Part shown: positions 12,666-25,789 of the stretch, one piece after another
Layout: each line of letters starts with the position of its first letter
Position numbering within the stretch: position 1 is the first letter of the stretch
Source of the DNA: Octopus vulgaris
Lineage: Eukaryota
NCBI GenBank assembly: GCA_951406725.2
Contig: OX597828.1
Span: forward strand, 59,520,001-59,584,000
DNA length: 64,000 bases
Direction: 5' to 3'
Notes under the pieces: model-generated
Told to the model about the DNA's origin: nothing
The model's database searches: none
What the model saw: the letters and a program-made list of their open reading frames with translations, nothing else
Position numbers and translations under genes: made by a program

Positions 12666-12947
12666 AATAACCTTTGCATTTGATTTTTTGATGTCTTTAC
12701 CCCCAAACTTTCGTGAGTTGAGTTGACCAAACACTAAATGAGAGAGATTTTCTTTAAGTATTAGAAATGGTTTTTAAAAAGTTTTTTAGCTGCTATTTCT
12801 AATGAGTTCAGTATGCGGCAAAGTAATTTATTTTACTAAGCCCTTTTATATATTGTAATAATTTGAATTCGCCTTAAATGGTCCCTTTGCATACTGAACA
12901 CTTGGTGAAATTAATTAATAATTAATTAATTTTACCCTCAATTGTTG

Positions 12948-12978
<31 letters not shown>

Positions 12979-13149
12979 AATAGTAGGGATAAATCCAAAT
13001 TTACAGGGAAAAAATCAGATTTGGGATTAAATCCAATTTTATAGTAAAATATTATATAATATTATTAGAGACAAAACCACTATTTTGCAAAACAAACAAG
13101 GAAAGACTTAATCAATACATAAAATTTTAATAAAAAGTCAAAAAAACCG

Positions 13150-13192
13150 CCACTACAAGTGTTTCTTGTCTTGATCGACAATCTTCAGGTGG
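13150..13192 (-). ncRNA. Type I hammerhead (mirror copy of 17153-17195)
   Basis: CCAC-CUGAAGA-UUGUC(GAUCAA)GACAA-GAAA-CACUUG-U-A-GUGG. Confidence 0.8.
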
Positions 13193-16100
13193 ACTTCCAA
13201 TCTAAAATATCAATATTTTAAAATATAAAAATAATAATTTTAAAATAATTAAAGTATTAATGAAAAAATATAAATATATAATCTATTTATAACCTATATA
13301 TAATCCATATATAATCAATATATAAACAATATATAAACTAAAATAAACCTATCAACAATTAAATATAAAATATAAAATATAAAATATAAAACAAAACAAA
13401 AAATAAACTATATATACACCCATACACATATAACTAATTATATATAACCATATCTAAATACATACACTAAATCACACACCTATATATATATCCCTATACA
13501 TACACATAAAAACGTCTAGGCAACGATAAATAAATAAAATAGCTAAATACTTCAACACAATACTTATTCATACTCCCTCACACACACATACAACCCACAT
13601 TCCCGCTCTAGAAACGGACATCACTTAAAATTATGAACGGAGAAATGGAATAAATAGAATTAAAAATTATATTCACTTGGTAAAACGAACACTACTTAAA
13701 AATTATGAATGAAATAATGCAATAAAACAACAGACATCGCAAATAGACACAAATTACTACGAATTCCTTAACAAAACTACCATGATAAACCAAAACTCAT
13801 AAAAACATATAATGATAAAATCTCCCTTTACTAAACTCTATAACATACCTATATAGCAATCCCCCTAACCTAAACATTCACACACAAATACACACACGTA
13901 AACCACACACCCACGACATATACAAATACCCACCCACTTACACATACCTATACATACATATAAACCTCAACATATACTCCAAAACCCCACTCAACCCCAC
14001 ACAGACAAAATAAACACATACATCCCCAAACCTAAATAGCAAACCCATAAACACATTCACACACAAATATACATACGTAAAACACACACCATATACATAT
14101 ACATACTCACCAAACTCGACATATACAACAATATTAACACACCCACATTCATACAGATGAACAAACTACACAACCAAAATACGCACACACTCACACACAA
14201 TCCCACATACATAAACTCTCCAAAGAAAAACAACATTATTACACATAATACGATATATAAAATACATCGTAAATAACCAGAATATCAAAAATAACAATAT
14301 GACATAAGGAGAAATAATATACATACTTTCAAGTCAGTTTCAAATTATGAAGTGAAATTAAATTCTAATCCGTTAAAAACATCAAACCAAATTACGTTAC
14401 CATAGGAACATAACTTATGTATAAAAAGAATACGCGCTATGGAAGCAAACCTCACTTAAAATTATGAATGGAGAAATAGAATAAATGGAATTAAAAATTA
14501 TATACACGCGGTAAACCAACATTATTTAAAAAATTATGAATGGATTCTTTTATAAAACTACCATGATAACCTAAAACTCACAAAAACATAAATGATAAAA
14601 CCTCCCTTTACTAAACCCTATAACATACTTATATAGCAATCCCTTTAACCTATACATTCACACACAAATCTCCATTCATAATTTTAAATGACGTTTGCTT
14701 TCCATGGCGCGTATTCTTTTTATACATAAGTTATGTTTCTATGGTAACGTAATTTTGGTTTGATTTTTTTAACGGCTTAGAATTTAATTTCACTTCATAA
14801 TTTGAAACTGACTTGTAAGTATGTATTTTATTTCTCCTTATGTCATATTGTTATTTTTGATATTCTGGTTAATTACGATGTATTTAATGTTATTTTTATT
14901 GGAGTGTTTATGTATGTGAGATTGTGTGTGAGTGTGTGCGTATTTTAGTTGTATAATTTATTTATCTGTATGAGTGTGGGTGTGTAAATATTGTTGTATA
15001 TATCGAGTTTAGCGAGTATGTATATGCGTATATGTGAGGGAGTATATGTATCTGTTGTGTGTGTGTGTTTTGCGTGTGTGTGTGTTTGTGTATGAATGTG
15101 TATATGGGTTTGTTATATAGGTTTGGGGATGTATGTGTTAATTTGTCTGTGTGGGGAGGGAGTGGGTTTTTGGTGTATATTGAGGTTTATAAGTTAGTAT
15201 AGGTATGTGTGAGTGAGGTGGGTATTTGTATAAGTCATGTGTCTGTGGTTTACGTGTGTGTATTTGTGTGTGAATGTTTAGGTTTGGGGGATTGCTATAT
15301 AGGTTTGTTATAGAGTTTAGCAAAGGGAGATTTTATCGTTATATGTTTTTATGAGTTTTGGTTTATCATGGTTTTTTTTAGGGAATTCGTGGTAATTTGT
15401 CTATTTACGATGTTTGTTGTTTTATTACATTGTTTCATTCATAATTTTCGAGTGGTGTTTGTTTTGCCACGTGAATATTATTTTTAATTCCATTTATTCC
15501 ATTTCTCCATTCATAATTTTAAAAGATGTTCGTTTCCAGAGCGGGAATACTTTTTATACATATGTTAAGTTCCTTGGTAACGTAATTTTGTTTGGTGTAT
15601 ATGTTGAGGCTTATATGTACTTGTGGGTGTGTGTGAGTGGGGTGGGTGTTTGTATTTGTTATGGGTGTGTGGTTTACGTGTGTGTATTTGTGTGTGAATG
15701 TATAGGTTAAAGGGATTGCTATATAAGTATGTTATAGGGTTTAGTAAAGGGAGGTTTTATCATTTATGTTTTTGTGAGTTTTAGGTTATCATGGTAGTTT
15801 TATAAAAGAATCCATTCATAATTTTTTAAATAATGTTGGTTTACCGCGTGTATATAATTTTTAATTCCATTTATTCTATTTCTCCATTCATAATTTTAAG
15901 TGAGGTTTGCTTCCATAGCGCGTATTCTTTTTATACATAAGTTATGTTCCTATGGTAACGTAATTTGGTTTGATGTTTTTAACGGATTAGAATTTAATTT
16001 CACTTCATAATTTGAAACTGACTTGAAAGTATGTATATTATTTCTCCTTATGTCATATTGTTATTTTTGATATTCTGGTTATTTACGATGTATTTTATAT

Positions 16101-17152
16101 ATCGTATTATGTGTAATAATGTTGTTTTTCTTTGGAGAGTTTATGTATGTGGGATTGTGTGTGAGTGTGTGCGTATTTTGGTTGTGTAGTTTGTTTATCT
16201 GTATGAATGTGGGTGTGTTAATATTGTTGTATATGTCGAGTTTGGTGAGTATGTATATGTATATGGTGTGTGTTTTACGTATGTATATTTGTGTGTGAAT
16301 GTGTTTATGGGTTTGCTATTTAGGTTTGGGGATGTATGTGTTTATTTTGTCTGTGTGGGGTTGAGTGGGGTTTTGGAGTATATGTTGAGGTTTATATGTA
16401 TGTATAGGTATGTGTAAGTGGGGTGGGTATTTGTATATGTCGTGGGTGTGTGGTTTACGTGTGTGTATTTGTGTGTGAATGTTTAGGTTAGGGGGATTGC
16501 TATATAGGTATGTTATAGAGTTTAGTAAAGGGAGATTTTATCATTATATGTTTTTATGAGTTTTGGTTTATCATGGTAGTTTTGTTAAGGAATTCGTAGT
16601 AATTTGTGTCTATTTGCGATGTCTGTTGTTTTATTGCATTATTTCATTCATAATTTTTAAGTAGTGTTCGTTTTACCAAGTGAATATAATTTTTAATTCC
16701 ATTTATTCCATTTCTCCGTTCATAATTTTAAGTGATGTCCGTTTCTAGAGCGGGAATGTGGGTTGTATGTGTGTGTGTGGGAGTATGAATAAGTATTGTG
16801 TTGAAGTATTTAGCTATTTTATTTATTTATCGTTGCCTAGACGTTTTTATGTGTATGTATAGGGATATATATATAGGTGTGTGATTTAGTGTATGTATTT
16901 AGATATGGTTATATATAATTAGTTATATGTGTATGGGTGTATATATAGTTTATTTTTTGTTTTGTTTTATATTTTATATTTTATATTTTATATTTAATTG
17001 TTGATAGGTTTATTTTAGTTTATATATTGTTTATATATGGATTATATATAGGTTATAAATAGATTATATATTTATATTTTTTCATTAATACTTTAATTAT
17101 TTTAAAATTATTATTTTTATATTTTAAAATATTGATATTTTAGATTGGAAAT

Positions 17153-17195
17153 CCACCTGAAGATTGTCGATCAAGACAAGAAACAATTGTAGTGG
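17153..17195 (+). ncRNA. Type I hammerhead ribozyme with canonical core
   Basis: CCAC-CUGAAGA-UUGUC(GAUCAA)GACAA-GAAA-CAAUUG-U-A-GUGG; palindromic ACAAUUGU stem III. Confidence 0.85.
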
Positions 17196-17277
17196 CGGTT
17201 TTTTTGACTTTTTATTAAAATTTTATGTATTGATTAAGTCTTTCCTTGTTTGTTTTTAAAAATAGTGGTTTTGTCTC

Positions 17278-17321
<44 letters not shown>

Positions 17322-17324
<3 letters not shown>

Positions 17325-17436
17325 GTGTGGTGTAGAAAACAAACAGATGTATTAGTGTAACACTCGGGAAATGAGAAAGTCTTTAACCTTTCTAGCCTAC
17401 GCTCTTCCACAGAAAGGAACACAGAAACAAACAAGG
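17322..17436 (-). mobile_element. Fragment related to family A with a degenerate HHR (17381-17416)
   Basis: CUUU-CUGUGGA-A-GAGC(GUAG)GCUA-GAAA-GG-U-U-AAAG followed by cccgagtgttacactaatac. Confidence 0.55.
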
Positions 17437-17665
17437 ATATATATATATATATATATATACAACACGAAATGTCTCCACGAAAAACATTACAAATAACAGT
17501 AAAAAGAAAGAACCTCAGAGAAATAAAGTGGAACATATAAACACTAGCCTACGCTCCCACCAAAGGAGAGCTGCATACACACCTCTAGTACATGGCAGTA
17601 TCGCCGGTGGGTAAATATATGCTTGTATGAAACTCTAAACACAGTATGAAATGGTAAATACGATC

Positions 17666-17700
<35 letters not shown>

Positions 17701-17743
17701 GATAATAATAATAATAATGATAATAATAATGATAATAATAATG

Positions 17744-17795
<52 letters not shown>
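17666..17795. repeat. (AAT)n microsatellite
   Basis: Direct reading. Confidence 0.95.
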
Positions 17796-17796
<1 letters not shown>

Positions 17797-18368
17797 CTGG
17801 TGAAACACAAACCACCTCCAGTGCTTGAAAACGACCACATTTCACTCCTCTGGAACTTCACCATTCAAACTGACAGAAAGATAGATGCAAATAGGCCAGA
17901 CATCATTTTGAAAGACTTCAGACAAAGAACATGCCTCCTCATTGATATGACTGTCCCAATCGATATAAACGTATCTGTCAAGACCTAGAAATAGAAATCA
18001 GCAAAATGTGGAACCTGAAGACTAAAACAATACCTGTTGTCATAGGTGCCCTGGGAATGATAGCGAAAGGGGCTGACTGCTACCTAACTCAGATACCAGG
18101 AATCTCCAAAATGGTAGAAATTCAAAAGATAGTGCTCATGGGAACTGCTCATATCCTACGCAAAATACTTTCTATGTAATCTCAAGGTTTAAAACAAACA
18201 TAATTTTGGTTTTTTTTAGACATTCACTAGTACAACACCAAACAAAAAAACAAATATATGGCACACTAGGCATAACAACAACGTGAACTTCCAACCTGTT
18301 GTCTCTTGAGGTCTCTGGGTGAGACTTGGAGCCAACTTGTACAAATATAAAGCAAAAGTCAAACATGG
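17796..18368 (+). mobile_element. 3' fragment of an R4/Dong-like non-LTR retrotransposon (restriction-like endonuclease), copy 1
   Basis: LLWNFTIQTDRKIDANRPDIILKD...CLLIDMTVP, then LEIEISKMWNLKT..PVVIGALG; (AAT)n on both sides. Confidence 0.85.
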
Positions 18369-18406
18369 AATAATAATAATAATAATGATAATAATAATAA
18401 TAATAA

Positions 18407-18891
18407 CGAGAAAGCAACCATACTCTGGGATATGCCAATGCACACAGATAGAGAAATTATGGCCAACAGACCAGATATAGTTGTCAGAGATCATGAAGAA
18501 AAAGATGCTTTCTAATTGATGTATCAATACCAGCAGATGACGACGTGTCTCTAAAAGGAATGGAGAAACTTTCAAAATACAAAGACCTGGAAATAGAGGT
18601 AACCAGAATGTGGAATCTAAAAACAGAAACAATTCCTATCATAATAGGTGCATTAGGCATGATAAAGAAATATTCAGACAAATACATAACAAAAACACCA
18701 GGACTTACAAACACATATAACATACAGAAAATTGCATTACTAGGCACTGCGCACATCCTACGCAGAACACTTTCCATACAGTAACCATCAGAGCAGCACA
18801 ACAAATCACAGCACATACCCAAGGCATACAGAGGCATACAGAGCTGCGCTCGGTAGGGAAGTGAAAGCACGCTATAAAAATATACTACTGA
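18407..18891 (+). mobile_element. 3' fragment of an R4/Dong-like element, copy 2 (different subfamily)
   Basis: ILWDMPMHTDREIMANRPDIVV...EKLSKYKDLEIEVTRMWNLKTETIPIIIGALG; followed by (AAT)n. Confidence 0.85.
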
Positions 18892-19112
18892 ATAATAATA
18901 ATAATACCCCACCAACCCTTACATATTTAAGATTATATGAAATACAAGACAAAAGTCGAAATAAACATCATTTAACAATACCACACAGTAGTAGCAGTTA
19001 ATAACGACGATGATGACAGTTATACTGTCACCATCGTTACGAAGAAGAAGAAGAAGAAGAAGAAGAAGAAGAAGAAGAAGAAGAAGAAGAAGAAGAAGAA
19101 GAAGAAGAAGAA

Positions 19113-19470
19113 GAAATGGTACACTGGAAGATGTAATGGACGAATACAGGAAGGCTAAGATCCTCTGTTAGAGCACCGAAGGCCAAATATATGACCTTTA
19201 GGAGGAACAAACAAGAGTGCCTAATAATCGACGTGTCAGCGCCAGGGGAGCAAATATTATCATGGAAGAAGGATAAAAGATTAATAAACATAGAGACTTG
19301 AGAATTGAGATCGCTAAGATGTGGCAGCTACCAGGGTCAAACATAAGGTTTGTCCCTGTTATCATTAGAGCATTGGCTTTAATACCACCCAACCTGAAAA
19401 ATATCTGGTATCTTTAGAAATGCAATCTAGGTGTATTGCAATGCAACTTTTGTTCCTTAAGTCTTTGAAC
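19113..19470 (+). mobile_element. Degraded R4/Dong-like endonuclease fragment, copy 3, after (GAA)n at 19041-19114
   Basis: CLIIDVSAPGEQ...KINKHRDLRIEIAKMW...VPVIIRAL. Confidence 0.7.
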
Positions 19471-20416
19471 AATCCACTACATTGATTCCACATAAATTTC
19501 CATTAGGTAATTATCGCAGAGTACAAGTTGAGAGGGGAAAACTATGACAATTATCTTTATCTTAGACTTTATCAACAAACTATAGATTTTAACATTACTG
19601 AACAATTATGATATTTTGGCTAATTATATTTATTTCAATTTATCTCATCATATTCTATTGCAATTAATTTTAACTAGTAAATACTACGGGATTGTCTCCT
19701 GAACTTTTCTAAATCAGGATTACTAATTAAGCTAATGGTTATTTCTCTTTGTCACAGATGGAATTTTAATTAATTAAGCATTTATTGATTTAATACACTA
19801 AGTACCTTAGCACCGGATTTACCACTTGGTTTTCGTAAATGTGTCTTGTTGGGTGTATCCGCTGCTAAATGGTTGTTTCAAATTTAGATGAGGTCTGAAA
19901 TTGGACGGATGAAAATAGCAGCCATTGTGTGGGTATTGAATGCAAAGTTGTTCTCAGTTGGATTAAAGCACTTCTGTCGGCGCACTAACTTACTCTACTT
20001 CCACTCGTAAATATTACCATTTCAACTTAATAAATACTCTTTCACAAGCAAATAATCCCATTTAAACTTAATATGTGGTAAGAAAAATAACAGTCTAAGA
20101 AAAACAACAGAAACAAAAGAACGAAAACGAATACATGAGAAATGCAGCGATATGAATAACTATATCAGCCTTAAACAATGTGTCAAGATCTATATGTCAG
20201 TCTGTCTGTCTGTTTGTCTGAAGCTATATCTACACAGTTACACACACACACACAAACACATACTGAATAAGTAATGTTTTAAATTACCTCTTTTTTAGAT
20301 TGATGAATCGATAGGAGCTGTAGCTATTTTATTTCATTATTCAGTCTCAATAAAACTTTACTCTATTAATTGTATCGTGTACTTTCTTTTCTATGAAATA
20401 TCACCTGTATATATGC

Positions 20417-20470
<54 letters not shown>

Positions 20471-20472
<2 letters not shown>

Positions 20473-20637
20473 CTTATAAATAAGGGGCGAACGAAAAAAT
20501 TTTCGGCATATTTGGCATATTTAGGAATTTTTTCGTTTACCCTTATTTATAAGTTGTTTATAATTTTAACATTTTAAGGTATTTTTTACATTGATAAAAT
20601 TTTTTGTCGAAAAATTTTTTATCCTACATTAAATATC

Positions 20638-20640
<3 letters not shown>
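20471..20640. mobile_element. Minimal fold-back element (32-bp arms at 20471-20502 and 20524-20555, ~85-nt tail) inside (TA)n
   Basis: aacttataaataagggg.gaacgaaaaaatt is the reverse complement of aattttttcgttt.cccttatttataagtt; the tail ends ttttatcctacattaaat. Confidence 0.7.
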
Positions 20641-20720
<80 letters not shown>

Positions 20721-20722
<2 letters not shown>

Positions 20723-21685
20723 GGGACAGTCTTGGGTCCGCTACTCTTCATAATCTACATAAACGACCTTTCCAGTGTCGTAAATTACTGCAAAGTGAAA
20801 ATATTTGCTGATGACACTAAGCTCCAGCAAATCGTCAATGAAGAAGCAGACCGAACTCAACTCCAGTCTGATCTATATGCTGTGAGTCAGACAGAAACAA
20901 AATGCAACTGAACGAGGGAAAATTTGAGCTGATGCATTTTGGAAGAAATTCCTCACTAAAACAGCCATACTCTCTTCCTTCAGGGGAACCGCTCACAGCC
21001 TCTAACAATATCAGATATCTGGGTGTAATTGTTGATGACGATCTCAGTTGGAGTGCACACATCAACAAGAATGTCGATATAGCTCGTAGGATGAGTTCCT
21101 GGATCTTAAGAACTTTCCGGTCCAGAGAACAAGGTGTCATCATACCACTTTTCTCCTCCTTTGTACGGCCACACCTCGAATACTGCTGCTCACTGTGATC
21201 TCCCCATACAAGACAAAACATCTCGAGGATTGAATCACCCCAGAGAGTACTCACTAAACGAATTGAATGTGGAGAATATACTGCCAACTTTGCCCAAACG
21301 ACCTGAACATTAGCTTCAAGGTTCATCCAAGACTGGGACTACGGGCCATACGTCCCCTGCCCAATTCAAGATCACAGCATACATGTACACTACAACATAA
21401 TTTCTTTTCCTCAACAGGCCCTGCTCTATTTAACATTGTTCCGAAAGAGATCAAAGAGGAACAGGATCCCATCAACTTTAAACGGAGTCTGGATAGATTC
21501 CTTCAAGGAATACCAGATAAGCCACCCATAATTGGATACAACTCACCCAACAAAAACTCACTACTTGAATGGACCATAAACAAAACTTGACTTAAACAGG
21601 ATTCAAATAATCCTATCAGGTGGTGCTATTAAGTTAGACATGGCCTGGACCAATCATTGGTCGAAACATATCTAAGTTTATCCAA

Positions 21686-21688
<3 letters not shown>
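20721..21688 (+). mobile_element. 5'-truncated CR1/L2-group LINE, family L-B, with internal deletion
   Basis: Highly similar to 1377-2481, with ~90 bp deleted near 21266; flanked by (TA)n. Confidence 0.92.
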
Positions 21689-21742
<54 letters not shown>

Positions 21743-21754
21743 ATATGTATGTAT

Positions 21755-21877
21755 ATATGTAAATATAATATGTGACAATTATTCGGTAGACATGATAAAA
21801 TTCCGAGTTTCGGATGCCAGGGTGGAAATCCACGCCGGCACCTCTTCAGTTATTCGCCCATCGGAAAAAATGCTATG
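21755..21877 (-). mobile_element. Single-arm copy of HHR element family D (same as 47040-47260); HHR at 21794-21854
   Basis: AUAA-CUGAAGA-GGUGCCGGCGUGGA(UU)UCCACCCUGGCAUCC-GAAA-CUCGGAA-U-U-UUAU. Confidence 0.75.
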
Positions 21878-23814
21878 TATTGATTGGCGTTAAGAATAGA
21901 ATCAAATTCCATGGCCGAAGTGCAGTTTGAACTACATCATTCAGAACTCGTTTATCGGTTCTAGTCAGCTCTTCTGTTTTAAATTTCTAAGTGACTCACT
22001 TGAGGTAAATCCACTCCAATACAGACATGCTGCTTCCACACATTCCTGAAAGAAGTTTTGTAGATCAAATTTATTGATGAAAATGATGGATTAAAGAAGG
22101 TGGCTTTAGCGATGTAATAACGTTATTTCGATCGTTTTGTTGTAATTGACACAAGAAGTATCCTTCGTTTACATTTCCTACTTACAGAGGTACTATTGAT
22201 ATAGGCACATCAAACTGGAAGGAAAGCAGATATATATCACCATTAAAAAAAATATTTGTAGAAAAAGAATATTGTCTTATTAACTTTCCATCTAAATAAA
22301 TATTTATGTATTGCTGTTACACAGATTTTGCTTATATCATACCTAATTTAAGGATAAAAACAAGTTTACGAAATAACTGCAATTTCGAAAATTTTTATTG
22401 TAAAAGCTTAAAGAAAAATTTGATTGTGTGCAACCTAAAATACTTTCTCCCCCACTTTCTTTCTCTACAGCGAGAAAAATAAATATTGTAATATTTTTGA
22501 TAGCCTTAAATGGAAACGGAAATTTTGTCGAAAGCACAAGTGGACAGTGATGATAAACTGATCGGCTTTCGATGTTATAAACATCAAATTCTTCAAATTT
22601 AATAAATGAAAATCGTTTTCCTTCAGCAGTTCACACTCTCTAGTTCTATGGATCGTGAGTCGATTTTTACAATAATGAAAGAAGATAAACATGGGAAAAC
22701 GTCAATTGAATAACCAAATGGAATTCGAAACACAAAATGAATAATTGAGGTAGATACAAGTTAATTTAACGGGCAAAGTTTTCGATTGGTAATTCGTGAC
22801 TAAAATGAGAAAGGTGAATGATATGAATAAAGTTACGAAGGCTCAATAATGCTAGCACTGGGAATATTAATACAATTGCTTAAATATCTCTGAACATCGT
22901 ATTGTTGATGAATTGATAATACAAGAAAACACAGAATAAATATCCGACGCCATGATGAAAGGAAAATGCGGGTTATTAATAAAAAAAATGAAAGAACTCT
23001 CTAAAATATGATTAAATATATAAAGCGGAAATAAATATTGGATTGGAAACGCTGTTGCTTTAGGAGTGACACAGAAGATTTAATTAGGGATAAATTATCA
23101 CTAACTGACGTCTGCATATGATGGAACGACAGTGACAAATATTACACTCTGAACAAAAGTACTTCCAAGAACTAATCTGGTTGATGCAAAAGCACCTGAC
23201 ACAACTTATCATCAGGATTGGAACAGTGAAATTTGTAGTCAATATAAGAAAAGAAAAATGTTTTCAGCATATACTGCAAAAGTTATACCAAAATGGATTT
23301 AAAATGTTGTTTAAAATTCATTTGCTAAAATATCAAATTTCGGAACGATGAAATGAAATAGATAATGTACTTTCAACAATTTCTACCAACATTAAATTAA
23401 TAAAAAAAAATTATATAGAAAATAGAAGTCAACTTGAAATATATAATGTTAAACAATAAAGGTAAATGCAACGACAGAACACTAACATGAGACAAATCAA
23501 AATGAATGTGATCGAACTCGAACGAGACATGTCATATTAACACAGCACAATATATAGTGAAATGTTTATATTCTTTTGTTGCTTAATAAACGCTTCAAGA
23601 TTGTGGGAAGAATGGTACTATCAAACCAGAAACCTAATTCTATTGCTCCGCTAGAGATAAGTTGTAATGTTAAACCGGGAAAAGGGACTTATACACAGTC
23701 AAGAAATGAAGCAAATATATTCTGCAAAAGCACGCCTTAACGATTCCACCATTCCAGTGTAGTAGACCTATTTGATTTATCATTCCAGGTGAATAATATA
23801 TATATATATATATA

Positions 23815-23936
23815 TTATGTTGTGTCTGGGGAGAGTAATTTTTTATTGTGCCTAATAATTTAACAAACTCACCGGTAAACTTTCCACCTCTTATTTTTTA
23901 TTTTCCTAAAATTTTCGTTGCGTGTTGCAACCTTTT
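23815..23936 (-). mobile_element. Family C element fragment (3' half of the HHR only)
   Basis: Similar to 9085-9205; minus strand reads GGUUGC(AACAC)GCAAC-GAAA-AUUU-UAGG. Confidence 0.6.
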
Positions 23937-24437
23937 GTATTAAACACTTGTATTTCTTCTGTTCGTCCGGGCTGACCTGTCCCATTTCGCTGGTGACACC
24001 AGTCACAGACGCAAAGTTAACTCTGTTATTACTATTTTGCGGGTTCGTTTCCTTTTGCCTTTCTTCTAAGAATATATCATCCCTTTACCTCGTTTCGCCA
24101 CTTGGGAGAGCGGGAAACATTTTCTAATATAGTCCGTCTAAAAGGATTGCCTGCATCTCGTTTTCCAGTTTGGTATCCATGTGTAAAAGTTTTACACAAA
24201 AAGAGAAAAAATAAAATAATTCGCCCCTTAACGGGGAATTAAAATACGGGGAATTAAAAAGACGCAGAAAACAGTAAAAGGTTGTAACAAATCAACAATT
24301 GGTAACAATTAAAATAACAAAGTAGTTCAATAAGGCAAAATTACACCCATTTAAAAGCAGTAAAAAGAAGAAAAAGCGTATCATCCCTTCCATTTTACAC
24401 TTCATAGTCAGTTATGACACTTTTGCATAATAGCAGT

Positions 24438-24482
<45 letters not shown>

Positions 24483-25789
24483 ATACATGTATATGTATGT
24501 AGATGTGCGTGTATATGTATTTCTGTCTGTATGTGTGTGCATGTACTTCTGTGTGTCTGTGTGTACTGTCCAGGACTATTCTGCTGGTTCGCAGCCACAC
24601 TAATAAATGCCACCAGTGTAACCTCTGTGATAGTCTATTCTTGACTAGGTCAACCGTAATTTTCAATAAAATATGAACAAACCAGTGACTAAAATGGTGG
24701 ACACTTCTGGCTAAACGTCATTAGAGACACATGCTTAGGAAAAATGCAACTAAACATACTAGAATAGAAATAATGAATTATATTTATTCTTTCTCTTCGA
24801 AGGTGTATATCATGTAAGTTTCATTTAAAGGAAAGCACTTTCTTTCATTTCACAATATGCGTTTGCAATTTTATGCCTTATAAGAAAGATGTTGGAGTAA
24901 AACAAATATTTTTAGTATCGTACAAAATGATTCAAAAACACGAATAATGCACGATTTTGGTTTTCTTTAAGTATCATTCTGCACTTCAAATTATTTTCAG
25001 CTGTAAATTGATTATTTTCTCTTTTCTTTTCCTAGTTTAATTAGATAATAAAAAACCGAGTAAATAAATATTTAAATGTCAGAATTTTAAAATTTATGCA
25101 ATATGAAGTACTGTCTCGGCATTTCTCAAAAACCTCACGGTTACCACCATGGGGTTCATCTAATTCCTCAGTGTACTAATCAACGTCAGTCTGGAATGTA
25201 GTTCCAAAATTATAACCAGTAAATCGAAATATCTATATCCACTTTAATGTTGACTGTTATGCCGTTTCTAATCTAATTCATTGGTTTGATAACCAGAGTT
25301 TTCAATGGTAGAACAGAAATAATAATTGCTATTCTCCAGTAACCTCGTTGAGATTTCTCTCTGTTTTGTTCTTCTGTGATATTTTCCAATTTTCCTTCGT
25401 AGTTATACTTCACTTTTTAATCAATCAATCAATGGAAAGTTTTCCATATTATTTTTTCTCTATGATTTACAGTCGTTCAGTCAATAACTTTTTATTGCCA
25501 ATTCTCATACTTATGTAACTTTTCAGTTTTGTGATAATACCGTTGGCACCTTGAACCCATGCTGATAATAGTGAACATTTTAATGGAAACATATCCAGCT
25601 GCTTATTCATGCATATTCAAAGAATTTGTCTATGAGTATCGCGGAGAAGCGCTGTGAATAGGGTTTCTTCAATTCTTTGTATTTAATATGTGACTATGAT
25701 ATTTCTCGTTGTTGAAATTCTTTCTCGTTGTGATACAGACAGCGTGTGAGTATAAGATAATCTGCTATATAGATTAAATTAACTTTCTT

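Larger units (their letters stand above)
12231..12947. mobile_element. Near-perfect 624-bp palindrome (12231-12854) plus 93-nt tail, between (TA)n tracts
   Basis: Arms are reverse complements with only a couple of substitutions; centre catcgctgctttcgaaagcgatg; mirror-image ORFs appear in the ORF track. Confidence 0.95.
12975..17283. mobile_element. Giant fold-back element: ~1.6-kb arms (13062-14669 and 15686-17283), ~1-kb spacer and ~87-nt tail (12975-13061)
   Basis: Arms are nearly identical; strong strand skew (A/C-rich left, T/G-rich right); internal subrepeats spaced ~830 and ~380 bp; (TA)n on both flanks. Confidence 0.93.

Noticed and set aside
12356-12730. Mirror-image 72-86 aa ORFs on both strands
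   Set aside because: A consequence of the DNA palindrome; no protein motif.
12231-12854. Palindromes interpreted as MITEs or miRNA precursors
   Set aside because: Ends are asymmetric, centres vary, single-arm relatives exist and HHR motifs are embedded. A PLE-type inversion explains them better.
13620-16740. CRISPR-like or protein-coding repeat array
   Set aside because: Long degenerate subrepeats in eukaryotic context, with no short repeat-spacer periodicity and no ORF.
22000-23400. Possible decayed transposase fragments
   Set aside because: Only isolated 5-8 residue resemblances; cannot be supported without a search.
25130-25700. Possible PIF1/Helitron helicase remnant on the minus strand
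   Set aside because: Resemblance is too weak and frameshifted to call by eye.
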